64,000 nt of DNA from Gemmatimonadota bacterium (GTDB lineage Bacteria > Gemmatimonadota > Gemmatimonadetes > Gemmatimonadales > GWC2-71-9). A program made the position numbers and the translations under genes. The stretch spans positions 89,505 to 153,504 of the forward strand of contig JANMXA010000042.1 in NCBI GenBank assembly GCA_031394255.1, given 5' to 3'. The notes beneath the pieces were generated by a model that had not been told where the DNA came from, did no database searches, and saw only the letters and a list, made by a program, of their open reading frames with translations. Positions 54,350 to 62,796 of the stretch are shown here, in pieces (within the stretch, counting starts at the first letter, position 1; each line of letters starts with the position of its first letter).

Positions 54350-55846
54350 CTAGCGCGGCACTCGGCCGAGGCGGGTGCCTTCAAAACGGATGGCCTGCAC
54401 GGTGCCGCCGGCGCCAATTTCGAAGGTGACCGGGACGGTACCCTGCCAGGCGTTGTCCCAACGGGCCCGGAAGGTGTCGAAGTGCCAATGCTCGAGGGCG
54501 GCGTGAAGCTGGGAGCTTTGGCGCAGGCCGAGAGCGCCGTTTTCGACCATGATCTCGACCCGGCCGACCAGCGAATCGGCATACGTGCCGGCGTAGGCTT
54601 CAAGGCCCAGCGATGGTTTGGTTCCGGGAACCCGCTGGCGTTCCGCCTTGGCCTCGGCGCTGTCCCCTTGCGCGTCGATATTCCGATAGAGGGCCAACAG
54701 TTCCGCGCTCCAGTCCCGGGCCGGGCCGCCGAGCCAGGTATCGAAGGCCCGGTACATCAAGGCGTGGCGGGCCTCGACGTGATCGAGGTTGGCCAGTACG
54801 TAGACGCCGAGGCGCTGCTCCGGAATCAGGCCGATGATCGCAACCATCCCGTCGATGCTGCCGGTATGGAACTGGACCATCTGCCCCCGGTAGTCCTGCT
54901 GGAACCATCCCATGCCGTAGGTTGTCCAATGGGGTTTGGTGAGCTCTCGCGACGGGTAGAATCCGGACGGCGGGACCAAGGTCTGGGGTTTGAACAGCTC
55001 GGCCCAGGTCGCCGGTTTGAGCAAGGCGCGGCCCTCCACCCGGCCGGAATCGATCATGAATGCGGCCCACTTCGCCATGTCGTTCACGCTCGACCAGACC
55101 GACCCGGCCGGGGCCACGGGATCCACCGCGGCGTTGGTGATCACCCGCGGCACGCCCGCAATCCTGAAATGCGGCGAGGCCACGTTGGGCTTGCCGATCG
55201 TGCCCGCCAGGGTGGCCACCGTGCTGGTCATGCCGAGTGGCGCGAAGATCCGGGTCTCCACGAAACGGGTCCACGGCATACCACTGGCCGCCGCCACCAC
55301 AGCCCCGGCCGCGGCATACATGACATTCTGGTAGATGAACGAAGATCGCAACGAGTACCCCGAAGGGATGAATCTCGCGCGGCGCAGTACTTCGGCCGAG
55401 GAGTTGTCGTTTCGGTACCAGAGGACGTCGCCGTTGACCAGCCCGGCGCGGTGGGTGAGCAGGTCTCGGACCGTCACTTCGCGCGTCACGTATGGGTCGG
55501 AGAGTTCGAAGCCTGGGAGGTACCGGGTCACCGGGTCGTCCCAGCGAACCTTCCCTTCGTCCACCAGCATGCCGATCGCGGCGGCGGTCATGGCCTTGGT
55601 GGTCGAGCCAATGGCAAACAGTGTGTTGGCATCTGCCACGTCGGGGCGGCCGAGTTCGCGGACACCATAGCCTTTGGCGAACACCGTCTTGCCGTCCTTG
55701 ACGACGGCAATCGCGAGGCCGACGGCCCCCCAGTCCTTCACGGCCTGGGTGGTATAGGCGTCAAAGGCGGCCACCTTGGGGTCGGGGGTCTGGGCGGCGG
55801 CCGAGGCAACCGTGCCGAGAGTCAGAATGGTGAGCAATGTTTTCAT
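54350..55846 (-). CDS. secreted serine hydrolase (beta-lactamase/PBP4*-like family) with C-terminal beta domain
   Basis: Signal peptide from ATG 55846 ([19 protein letters not shown]), S-x-x-K ([10 protein letters not shown]) and Y-x-N (YQN). Confidence 0.85.
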   Translation of the reverse strand: MKTLLTILTLGTVASAAAQTPDPKVAAFDAYTTQAVKDWGAVGLAIAVVKDGKTVFAKGYGVRELGRPDVADANTLFAIGSTTKAMTAAAIGMLVDEGKVRWDDPVTRYLPGFELSDPYVTREVTVRDLLTHRAGLVNGDVLWYRNDNSSAEVLRRARFIPSGYSLRSSFIYQNVMYAAAGAVVAAASGMPWTRFVETRIFAPLGMTSTVATLAGTIGKPNVASPHFRIAGVPRVITNAAVDPVAPAGSVWSSVNDMAKWAAFMIDSGRVEGRALLKPATWAELFKPQTLVPPSGFYPSRELTKPHWTTYGMGWFQQDYRGQMVQFHTGSIDGMVAIIGLIPEQRLGVYVLANLDHVEARHALMYRAFDTWLGGPARDWSAELLALYRNIDAQGDSAEAKAERQRVPGTKPSLGLEAYAGTYADSLVGRVEIMVENGALGLRQSSQLHAALEHWHFDTFRARWDNAWQGTVPVTFEIGAGGTVQAIRFEGTRLGRVPR

Positions 55847-55955
55847 GGACCGGACCGGATCGAGGGAGGAGGAAACCTGCGCCAAATGTAAACAAACCCG
55901 TTGCGGACCTCAGCCAGTGGGCTAGCTTCCCTGCGCCCTCACACCACATCGGCCA

Positions 55956-57215
55956 ATGCCCAAGCGACTCGGGGTCGGTTTCATCGGTAGCGGTTTCAAC
56001 GCCCGCTTCCACATGCTCTCCTGGCAGGGTGTCCGCGACGCGGACGTCCTCGGCGTCTGGAGTCCCAATCGCAAGAACGCTGAGAGCGCGGCGCGCTACG
56101 CCCGGTCGCTCGATATCGGCGATTGCCGCCCCTACCAGTCGATCGCGGACATGGTGGCCGATCCTCGGATCGACGCCATCTGGCTCTCGGGGCCGAACCA
56201 AGCCCGCATCGAAAATGTCGAGGAGATGGTTGATCCGATTCTCCGGGGCCGGGCGGAACTGATCGGGGTGGCGTGCGAGAAGCCACTGGCGCGCAATGTG
56301 GCCGAGGCCACCGAGGTAACGCAGCTGGTGAAGCGAGCCGGGTTGGTGCACGGCTATCTCGAGAACCAGTGCTTTACTCCGCAGGTCGAGCGGGGCCGGG
56401 ATCTGCTCTGGGCCCGCGGGGCCGCGTTGACCGGCCGGCCCTACCTCGCCCGCGCGGCGGAGGAACACAGCGGGCCGCACAGGCCCTGGTTCTGGCAGGG
56501 AAAGCTGCAGGGCGGCGGGGTTCTCAACGACATGATGTGTCACTCGGCTCTGGTGGTGCGGCATCTGCTGACCAAACCGGGCGACGATGTCAGCACCGTC
56601 CGCCCAGTGCGGATCACGGGTCACGTTGCCAGCCTCAAATGGACGCGACCCGAATACGCCCGACGGCTGACCAAGGCCATGGGACCGCAGGTGAACTATG
56701 CCAAGGCACCGTCCGAAGACTTCGCGAGCGTCATGATCGAGTTCGAGACGGCCGACGGGTACCGAGTTTTTGGGGAGGCGACGACTTCGTGGAGTTTCGT
56801 CGGCGCCGGTCTCCGACTCTCCGCTGAACTGCTCGGACCGGAGTATTCCATGTCGTGGAATACCCTGGACAGCGGTCTCAAGCTGTTCTTCAGCCGCGAA
56901 GTCCAGGGCCGTGCGGGTGAAGACCTGGTCGAGAAGCAGAACGCGGAAACTGGCTTGATGCCGGTGGTGGCCCAGGAAGCGGTGGCCTATGGGTACGAGG
57001 CCGAGAACCGGCATTTCGTCCGTGCCTTCCTGGGCAAGGAGAAGCCGCGGCTGACCTTCGACCACGGGCTCGACGTGGTCCGAGTACTGATGACGGCCTA
57101 TCAGAGCGCGGAACTGGGCCGCACCGTGGAATTTCCGCCTCCCGGCCTGAGCCGGTTCGTTCCGGATGTGGCCAAACGAGGCGCGAAGCTTCCCCGGGCC
57201 CGCACCAAGCGCTAA
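55956..57215 (+). CDS. Gfo/Idh/MocA family oxidoreductase, cytoplasmic
   Basis: LGVGFIGSGFNARFH Rossmann N-terminus. No signal peptide. Confidence 0.88.
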   Translation: MPKRLGVGFIGSGFNARFHMLSWQGVRDADVLGVWSPNRKNAESAARYARSLDIGDCRPYQSIADMVADPRIDAIWLSGPNQARIENVEEMVDPILRGRAELIGVACEKPLARNVAEATEVTQLVKRAGLVHGYLENQCFTPQVERGRDLLWARGAALTGRPYLARAAEEHSGPHRPWFWQGKLQGGGVLNDMMCHSALVVRHLLTKPGDDVSTVRPVRITGHVASLKWTRPEYARRLTKAMGPQVNYAKAPSEDFASVMIEFETADGYRVFGEATTSWSFVGAGLRLSAELLGPEYSMSWNTLDSGLKLFFSREVQGRAGEDLVEKQNAETGLMPVVAQEAVAYGYEAENRHFVRAFLGKEKPRLTFDHGLDVVRVLMTAYQSAELGRTVEFPPPGLSRFVPDVAKRGAKLPRARTKR

Positions 57216-57254
57216 GCCCGGCGCTGCAGACCCACAACACTCTGGAGGTTGACG

Positions 57255-58529
57255 GTGACTGGCAAGATGGGACGCCTTTCGGTCATGATGTTTCTCCAGT
57301 ACGCCGTATGGGGCGCCTGGCTTCCGTTGGCCGGCCGTTACCTGTCCGCTTCGTCGGAGAATGGGGGGCTGGGCTTTTCGGGTGGCCAGATCGGGCTGAT
57401 TCTGGGCCTGGCCGGATCGATCGGCGCCATTGCCTCGCCGTTCATCGCTGGTCAGCTGGCCGATCGTTACTTCAATACTGAACGGTTCCTGGGACTGTTG
57501 CTCGCAATCGGCGGGGTGATCAAGTGGGTGACCGCTGGCCAAACCGGGTTCCAGGCCTGGCTCTACCTGTCGATCCTCTATAGCGTCGTATACATGCCGA
57601 CGCTCGCTCTCTCGAATTCGATGGCGTTTGCCCACCTCGACCGACGGGACCAGCAATTTCCCAAGGTCAGGGTCTGGGGCACGATCGGCTGGATTGCGGC
57701 CAGCTGGATCTTCCCGATGCTCTACCTTCAGACCCAGCTTCATTTCCAGTGGATGCCGCCTTTCCTGGTAGGTCCGGAGAAGGCGAACGTCACGGCCCAT
57801 TTGGCGGATTCCCTGCGCTTCTCCGCCATGCTCTCGTGGGGCTACGCGGTCTTCTGTCTCTTCCTCCCGAAGACCCCGCCGAAACGTGACGCGGTCGAGA
57901 AACTCGCCTTTGCCAAGGCTTTTCGCCTGCTGCGCGAACCGTCGTTTGCGGTTCTGGTCGCGGCGAGTCTGCCGATCAGCATCATCCATCAGATCTATTT
58001 CATCCAGACCCCGCCGTTCCTGTCGCACCTCGGCCTCCTGGACAGCCAGATCGGACCGGCGATGACGATCGGACAATTCAGCGAGATCGCCGTCATGGCC
58101 ATGCTGGGGTGGATGCTGATCCGTTTCGGCTTCCGGACGGTCATCACCCTGGGCGCCTTCGCCTATTTCGCACGGTATTTCCTGTGGAGCTTGCCGGGTC
58201 TGCCGCCATCGGTTCAGGTGATGACCCAGGTGCTTCACGGGGTCTGTTATGCCTGTTTCTTCGCCGGCGCCTTCATCTACGCCGACCGCATTGCCCCACC
58301 AGACATCAGGAACTCCGTCCAGACGGTGTTCGGCATCATCATCTTGGGGGGAGGGCCAGTGCTGGGCGGGATTCTCTCCGGCTGGCTCGCGGACCACTAC
58401 GCTATGTCCGCCGGCGGAGTCGATTTTGCCGCGTTGTGGCGGGTGACCGCAATGATTGGGCTTGCCACAGCCGTGTTGTTCTACGTCTTCTTCCGTGAAC
58501 GCCAGCCGGCGCCGGAGGCCACGACGTAA
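57255..58529 (+). CDS. MFS transporter (nucleoside:H+ symporter-like subfamily)
   Basis: Twelve predicted TM helices and N-terminal LSVMMFLQYAVWGAWLPLAGRYL. Start uncertain (TTG 57249, GTG 57255 six nt after GGAGG, or ATG 57267). Confidence 0.82.
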   Translation: MTGKMGRLSVMMFLQYAVWGAWLPLAGRYLSASSENGGLGFSGGQIGLILGLAGSIGAIASPFIAGQLADRYFNTERFLGLLLAIGGVIKWVTAGQTGFQAWLYLSILYSVVYMPTLALSNSMAFAHLDRRDQQFPKVRVWGTIGWIAASWIFPMLYLQTQLHFQWMPPFLVGPEKANVTAHLADSLRFSAMLSWGYAVFCLFLPKTPPKRDAVEKLAFAKAFRLLREPSFAVLVAASLPISIIHQIYFIQTPPFLSHLGLLDSQIGPAMTIGQFSEIAVMAMLGWMLIRFGFRTVITLGAFAYFARYFLWSLPGLPPSVQVMTQVLHGVCYACFFAGAFIYADRIAPPDIRNSVQTVFGIIILGGGPVLGGILSGWLADHYAMSAGGVDFAALWRVTAMIGLATAVLFYVFFRERQPAPEATT

Positions 58530-58570
58530 CCGCCGAGGAGTTCGCCCGGTACTGGTTTACCTTTACAACA

Positions 58571-60781
58571 GTGCCGAACTTCATGCAGTGGCTTGAATGG
58601 GTCCGGGATCGCCGGGCCCGGTGTGCGGTCAGTCTCTGGCCGGTCGGCGTCGTTCTGGCGCTCGTCGGTGCGCGACCGCTGGCGGGCCAGTCTCCATCCG
58701 GAATCCTCGTGGTCACCGTGCGTCGGGAGGATTCGACGCTCCTTCGGGGCGCCATCGTTCGGGCCGACCGGATCGGGGCGACCACGGATGCGGCGGGCTT
58801 GGCCCGTCTCGAGCTTCCCGCTCGCTTGGTCACGGTGGCGGTTTCCCATCCCGGCTACGTGCCGAGGATCTTCGAAATCACTATCCTCCCGGCCCTCTCT
58901 CAACGATTTGACCTCCTGCTCGAGCGGGAGACCGCGCTGACTCGGCGGGTTTATACCGGCCGAACCATCGACAGCGCTGGCGGCTCCCCGCGGCAGGTTC
59001 TCACGCTCGGTTCCGACGAACTCGATCTCGCGACCCAGCAACATCCCGCCGATCTGACCCGCCTCATCCCGGCAGAGTGGGGGGTCCGGGCCCAGCAACA
59101 GCCCGGTGCTCTCGACGGGACCCAGCTGCGGCTCGATGGGCTGCGAGGGCAGTACACCGGCATCCTGGTCGACGGTCTGCCTCTGTTCGGCCAGCTGCCC
59201 GGCGCCTTCGGGCCGCTCCAATTCGGGCCGTTCGAATTCAGCCAGGCCGAACTGCTGCCCGGCGCGGCTGCCGCCCTCTATGGTCCCGCGGCCGCGTCGG
59301 GCGTGATCAACCTGATTTCACGGCGCCCCGAACGCGATCAAGCTCGCCTGGGAATCAACCAGTCGTCGGAAAAGGGCGGCGATGTGATGTTCTGGGGCGG
59401 ACGTCGGCAATCGGCCACAGTGAGCGGCTCCTTGACGGCCAGCCTCCACCAGCAGCGCCTGGTCGACTCTGATGACGACGGGTGGGGCGAGTTCCCGCGA
59501 GCGGTCGGATTGTCGATCCGGCCGCGAGTGTTCATCGAGCGGCCTAACGGCGATGCCCTGACCGGAACGGTTGGCTTTCGTAGTGAAGAGCGGGCCGGCG
59601 GGTACATCTCGACCAACACCACAACCGATCTCTATCGGGAAAAGCGCCAGTCCCAACAGGCGGACGGTGCGTTCACGGCTTCGAAGAACCTCGGCCGGGG
59701 ATCCACCCTCCGATTCAACTTGACCACGGTGTTCCAGTCGAACACGCACACTTTCCAAGACCTTCGCGAGCGCGATCGGCGGTCCACGGTTGCCACTGAC
59801 GTTGCCGTGTCGAGGCCGATGGGGGACGCACTCGTGGTTCTTGGCGTCGGCTACTGGCGCTATTCGCTTCGCGAGCAAGACCTGCCTGCCTTTGACTACA
59901 CGGCCAGTGTGCCGGGAGTTTTTGCGGAGGTCTCCGCCGCATTGAGCCCGACGGTCCGGGCCGTCGTGGCCGGCCGGTGCGACGCTCACAACATCCACCG
60001 ACTGCAGTGTGTCCCCCGGCTCGATCTCCGATATCGCTCCTCGGGTGGAACGAGTGTTTCGGCGTACGGGGGACTGAGTTACACGTCGCCCACCCCGCTG
60101 GTCGACGACGTCGAGACGCTTGGTCTCAGCGGCATCATTCCGGTCGGGCTCAAATCCGAGCGCGTCGGTTCAACCGGGATCGTGGTGGATCACCAGGGTC
60201 GGCACTGGGATGTTCGGGTGGCCGGCGGCTACGATCGGGTAGGACTTCCCCTTCGCCTGATTCCGATCACCGGCGACACCATGCGGCTCCGGTTGATCAA
60301 TCTGTCCGAGCCGACCCGGGTCGTTTCGGCTTCGCTTGCCGTCGGCTACGGGGCCGGTGCGGTGTCGCTTCGGTCGTTCTATCGGTTTCAGGATGCCACC
60401 GAGGGCGTCCCGGGGGGGACCGGCCGGCGCGAATCCGGCATGACACCCAAACACCAGATCGGCGGTTCCATCAAATGGCGGGCTCCAGGCGGGGCAGGGA
60501 CCGAGTTGCAGCTCGAGGCGATCTACGTTGGTCGGCAAGCTCTGGACGACAATCCGTTCCGTCCGAGAGCACCGGCCTATCCGCTTGCCAGCGCCCTGGT
60601 GTCTCAGCGTTCCGGGCGAGCCCGGATCTACCTCAGTGCCGAGAACATCTTCGATCGGAAACTGCGAACATACGAACCCGTGGCTCTTACTCTGCCGGCC
60701 GCCGCGGGCCGCCGAACCACGTCGCCATGGATTCCGGTTCGGGGGCGTGAAATCAGTCTGGGGGCGTTGGTCGACTGGTAG
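58571..60781 (+). CDS. TonB-dependent outer-membrane receptor with N-terminal carboxypeptidase-regulatory-like domain
   Basis: Signal peptide, a CarbopepD_reg-like segment GILVVTVRREDSTLLRGAIVRAD, a plug (GILVDGLPLFG) and a beta-barrel ending SAENIFDRKL...LGALVDW. Confidence 0.85.
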   Translation: MPNFMQWLEWVRDRRARCAVSLWPVGVVLALVGARPLAGQSPSGILVVTVRREDSTLLRGAIVRADRIGATTDAAGLARLELPARLVTVAVSHPGYVPRIFEITILPALSQRFDLLLERETALTRRVYTGRTIDSAGGSPRQVLTLGSDELDLATQQHPADLTRLIPAEWGVRAQQQPGALDGTQLRLDGLRGQYTGILVDGLPLFGQLPGAFGPLQFGPFEFSQAELLPGAAAALYGPAAASGVINLISRRPERDQARLGINQSSEKGGDVMFWGGRRQSATVSGSLTASLHQQRLVDSDDDGWGEFPRAVGLSIRPRVFIERPNGDALTGTVGFRSEERAGGYISTNTTTDLYREKRQSQQADGAFTASKNLGRGSTLRFNLTTVFQSNTHTFQDLRERDRRSTVATDVAVSRPMGDALVVLGVGYWRYSLREQDLPAFDYTASVPGVFAEVSAALSPTVRAVVAGRCDAHNIHRLQCVPRLDLRYRSSGGTSVSAYGGLSYTSPTPLVDDVETLGLSGIIPVGLKSERVGSTGIVVDHQGRHWDVRVAGGYDRVGLPLRLIPITGDTMRLRLINLSEPTRVVSASLAVGYGAGAVSLRSFYRFQDATEGVPGGTGRRESGMTPKHQIGGSIKWRAPGGAGTELQLEAIYVGRQALDDNPFRPRAPAYPLASALVSQRSGRARIYLSAENIFDRKLRTYEPVALTLPAAAGRRTTSPWIPVRGREISLGALVDW

Positions 60782-60789
60782 GTCCCGGC

Positions 60790-62757
60790 TCAACTCCGTT
60801 TCGCCAGCTCCTTCCTGGCTTCGGCATGGCCAGCCTCGGCCGCCAATCGCAGCCACTTCATCCCGTCCACGTCGGATTTTCGGGTGCCCTTTCCGTCAAA
60901 CAGGGCGCGGGCGACTCGGTACTCGCCCTCCGGGTTGCTTGCTGTCGCGGCCTGTTGATTCCAGTGAAACGCCGCTGAATCGTTCCGCGCCACTCCCCGT
61001 CCGCGAGTGTACATCTCCGCCAGCCGGAGCTGGCTCTCCGGGTCCCCTCCTGATGCGGCCTTCTCGAACCACGATGCCGCGCGGGTCGGATCCCGGGCCG
61101 TACCCAGACCATCATCCAGTCGCCTCGCGATGATCGGGTAGGCCCGGGCCACCTTCGCCTCGGCGGCCTTCAAATACATCTCGGTTGCTCGGCTGGGGTC
61201 CCGGTTCTCGTAGCGTCTGCCAAGCCACCAGGCGGCTTCGGCGTCACCGCTCCGCTCTGCCTGCTCGAAGAATTCGGTTGCTTTGCCGGAGTCGGCGCCC
61301 GTGCCGCGTCCGTCGCTGAGCAACTCTCCCGCCAACCGCCCCGCCCTCGGGTTGCCGCTTCGGGCCTCCTCGATGCACTTCACAACCGCACGTTCCCAGT
61401 CGCGCTGCTCGTAGAGAGTGGCGCATCCGGCCACCGGCATGACAGCGGTGGTGTCGGTCCGGACCGGCGCTGACGAAGGAACCGCCGCGGCAATGCGACT
61501 GCTGGTATCGCGCCCCGATCGGGGAGTCGCCGTAGGAACCGCGGTTCCCGGCCCATCGCTCCGTGTGGCCGCCGGCGGACTCTTCCCTTGCGGGGGCTGC
61601 GGTTGAGCCGGTGGGAGCGGTGCGCTGATGCCGCCGGGGGTGGGCCACCATACGATCAAGGCCCAGCCGGCCAGAAGGCCGGCGGCCACACTCCCTGCCA
61701 GCCAGGGAATCCACCGTCGTCCGCGACTTGGCGGAGGATTGAGGGCCGGCGGATTCACGTAGCCCGGATCGAGGAGCGCCGCCGCAAATTCCCCGATGGT
61801 ATCGAACCGGTTTCGGGGCTGTTTCTGCAGGGCGCGATGCAGCGCCGCCACAATCGGTGCCGGTACGTTATCGACCAGGGAGGCGAGCGGTGGCGGCTGA
61901 TCGAGCAACTGTTTCGCGATGATGGCTCGGGCGGTTTCGCCTTCGAAGGGCGCGCGCCCCGCGAGCATCTGATAGGCGACCACGGCCAGGGCATACTGGT
62001 CGCTGCGATGGTCGATGTTCGGTTCGCCGCTGGCCTGTTCCGGACTCATGTACTGCGGGGTCCCGACCACGACCCCGGTGCCGGTGAGATCCTTCTCGCC
62101 CGAATCGACCGCTTTGGCGATGCCGAAGTCCATCAGCCTGACCTGACGGTCTTTGCCCTCCAGCATGATGTTCTCGGGCTTGATGTCCCGGTGGACCACG
62201 TTTGCCTGGTGGGCCACGGCCAGCGCCTGGGCGGCCTCGAGCACGATCCGCTGTACTTCGGCGATGGGGAGGCGGCGCTGGCGCTGCAGCACGGCCTTGA
62301 GGCTCTCCCCCTCGATCAGCGGCATCAGGATGTAGCAGATCCCCTCTGCCTCACCGACATCGTACACCGGGACGATGGCGGGGTGACGAAGTGCCGCGAC
62401 CGCCATGGCTTCCCGGCGAAACCGGGCCAGCAAGGAAGGCGTCACAATCAGATCCGGCCGGAGCACCTTGATGGCCAGCTCCCGGTTCAGCTTCCGGTCG
62501 TGGATCTGAAAGACTTCGGCGTAGCCCCCCCGCCCGATCAGACCCACTAGATGGTAGTTCGGCCCCAATGCCTTCCGGAGTCGCTCCGGTTGCCGCTCAT
62601 AGCTGGCTGAAATCACGCCACTCGGGGTACTCGCTTCGCCGATGATCTGTGTGTGGGTCGCGGAACCGCACTGGGCACAATAGGCCGCGTCGTCAGGAAG
62701 TGGCGACTGACACGAGGGACAGGCATGGCTGGACACGACGCGCGGAGATTCGGACAT
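60790..62757 (-). CDS. serine/threonine protein kinase with N-terminal zinc ribbon, TM segment and C-terminal Sel1 repeats
   Basis: CPSCQSPLPDDAAYCAQCGS, kinase motifs (HRDIKPENIM, DFGIAKA, SPEQ), TM helix WLAGSVAAGLLAGWALIVWW, and four or more Sel1-like repeats (AASWFEKAASGGDPESQLRLAEMY...). Confidence 0.88.
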   Translation of the reverse strand: MSESPRVVSSHACPSCQSPLPDDAAYCAQCGSATHTQIIGEASTPSGVISASYERQPERLRKALGPNYHLVGLIGRGGYAEVFQIHDRKLNRELAIKVLRPDLIVTPSLLARFRREAMAVAALRHPAIVPVYDVGEAEGICYILMPLIEGESLKAVLQRQRRLPIAEVQRIVLEAAQALAVAHQANVVHRDIKPENIMLEGKDRQVRLMDFGIAKAVDSGEKDLTGTGVVVGTPQYMSPEQASGEPNIDHRSDQYALAVVAYQMLAGRAPFEGETARAIIAKQLLDQPPPLASLVDNVPAPIVAALHRALQKQPRNRFDTIGEFAAALLDPGYVNPPALNPPPSRGRRWIPWLAGSVAAGLLAGWALIVWWPTPGGISAPLPPAQPQPPQGKSPPAATRSDGPGTAVPTATPRSGRDTSSRIAAAVPSSAPVRTDTTAVMPVAGCATLYEQRDWERAVVKCIEEARSGNPRAGRLAGELLSDGRGTGADSGKATEFFEQAERSGDAEAAWWLGRRYENRDPSRATEMYLKAAEAKVARAYPIIARRLDDGLGTARDPTRAASWFEKAASGGDPESQLRLAEMYTRGRGVARNDSAAFHWNQQAATASNPEGEYRVARALFDGKGTRKSDVDGMKWLRLAAEAGHAEARKELAKRS

Positions 62758-62796
62758 GGACGACAGGGGTGAATTTCACGCCCGGGGTAGGGTGGG

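Noticed and set aside
51404-55891. Long + strand ORFs (51404..53014 at 536 aa; 54161..55891 at 576 aa) plus similar long antisense ORFs elsewhere (9398..10354, 18296..19567, 35517..36545, 38853..40205, 48369..49406, 50016..51449, 61588..62550, 62839..63822).
   Set aside because: Each lies opposite a gene with strong family signatures and encodes low-complexity Arg/Pro/Gly-rich sequence. There is no independent support for any of them.
55847-55955. Possible LacI-type operator near AAATGTAAACAAACCCGTTGC in the divergent spacer of the sugar cluster.
   Set aside because: The sequence is not a convincing palindrome, and no regulator gene is present in the cluster.
55761-58397. 878-aa ORF on the - strand, the longest unexplained ORF in the track.
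   Set aside because: It is antisense to a Gfo/Idh/MocA oxidoreductase and an MFS transporter, both of which have clear family motifs. Its translation is Arg/Gly/Pro/Glu-rich low complexity, typical of stop-codon-poor antisense frames in high-GC DNA.
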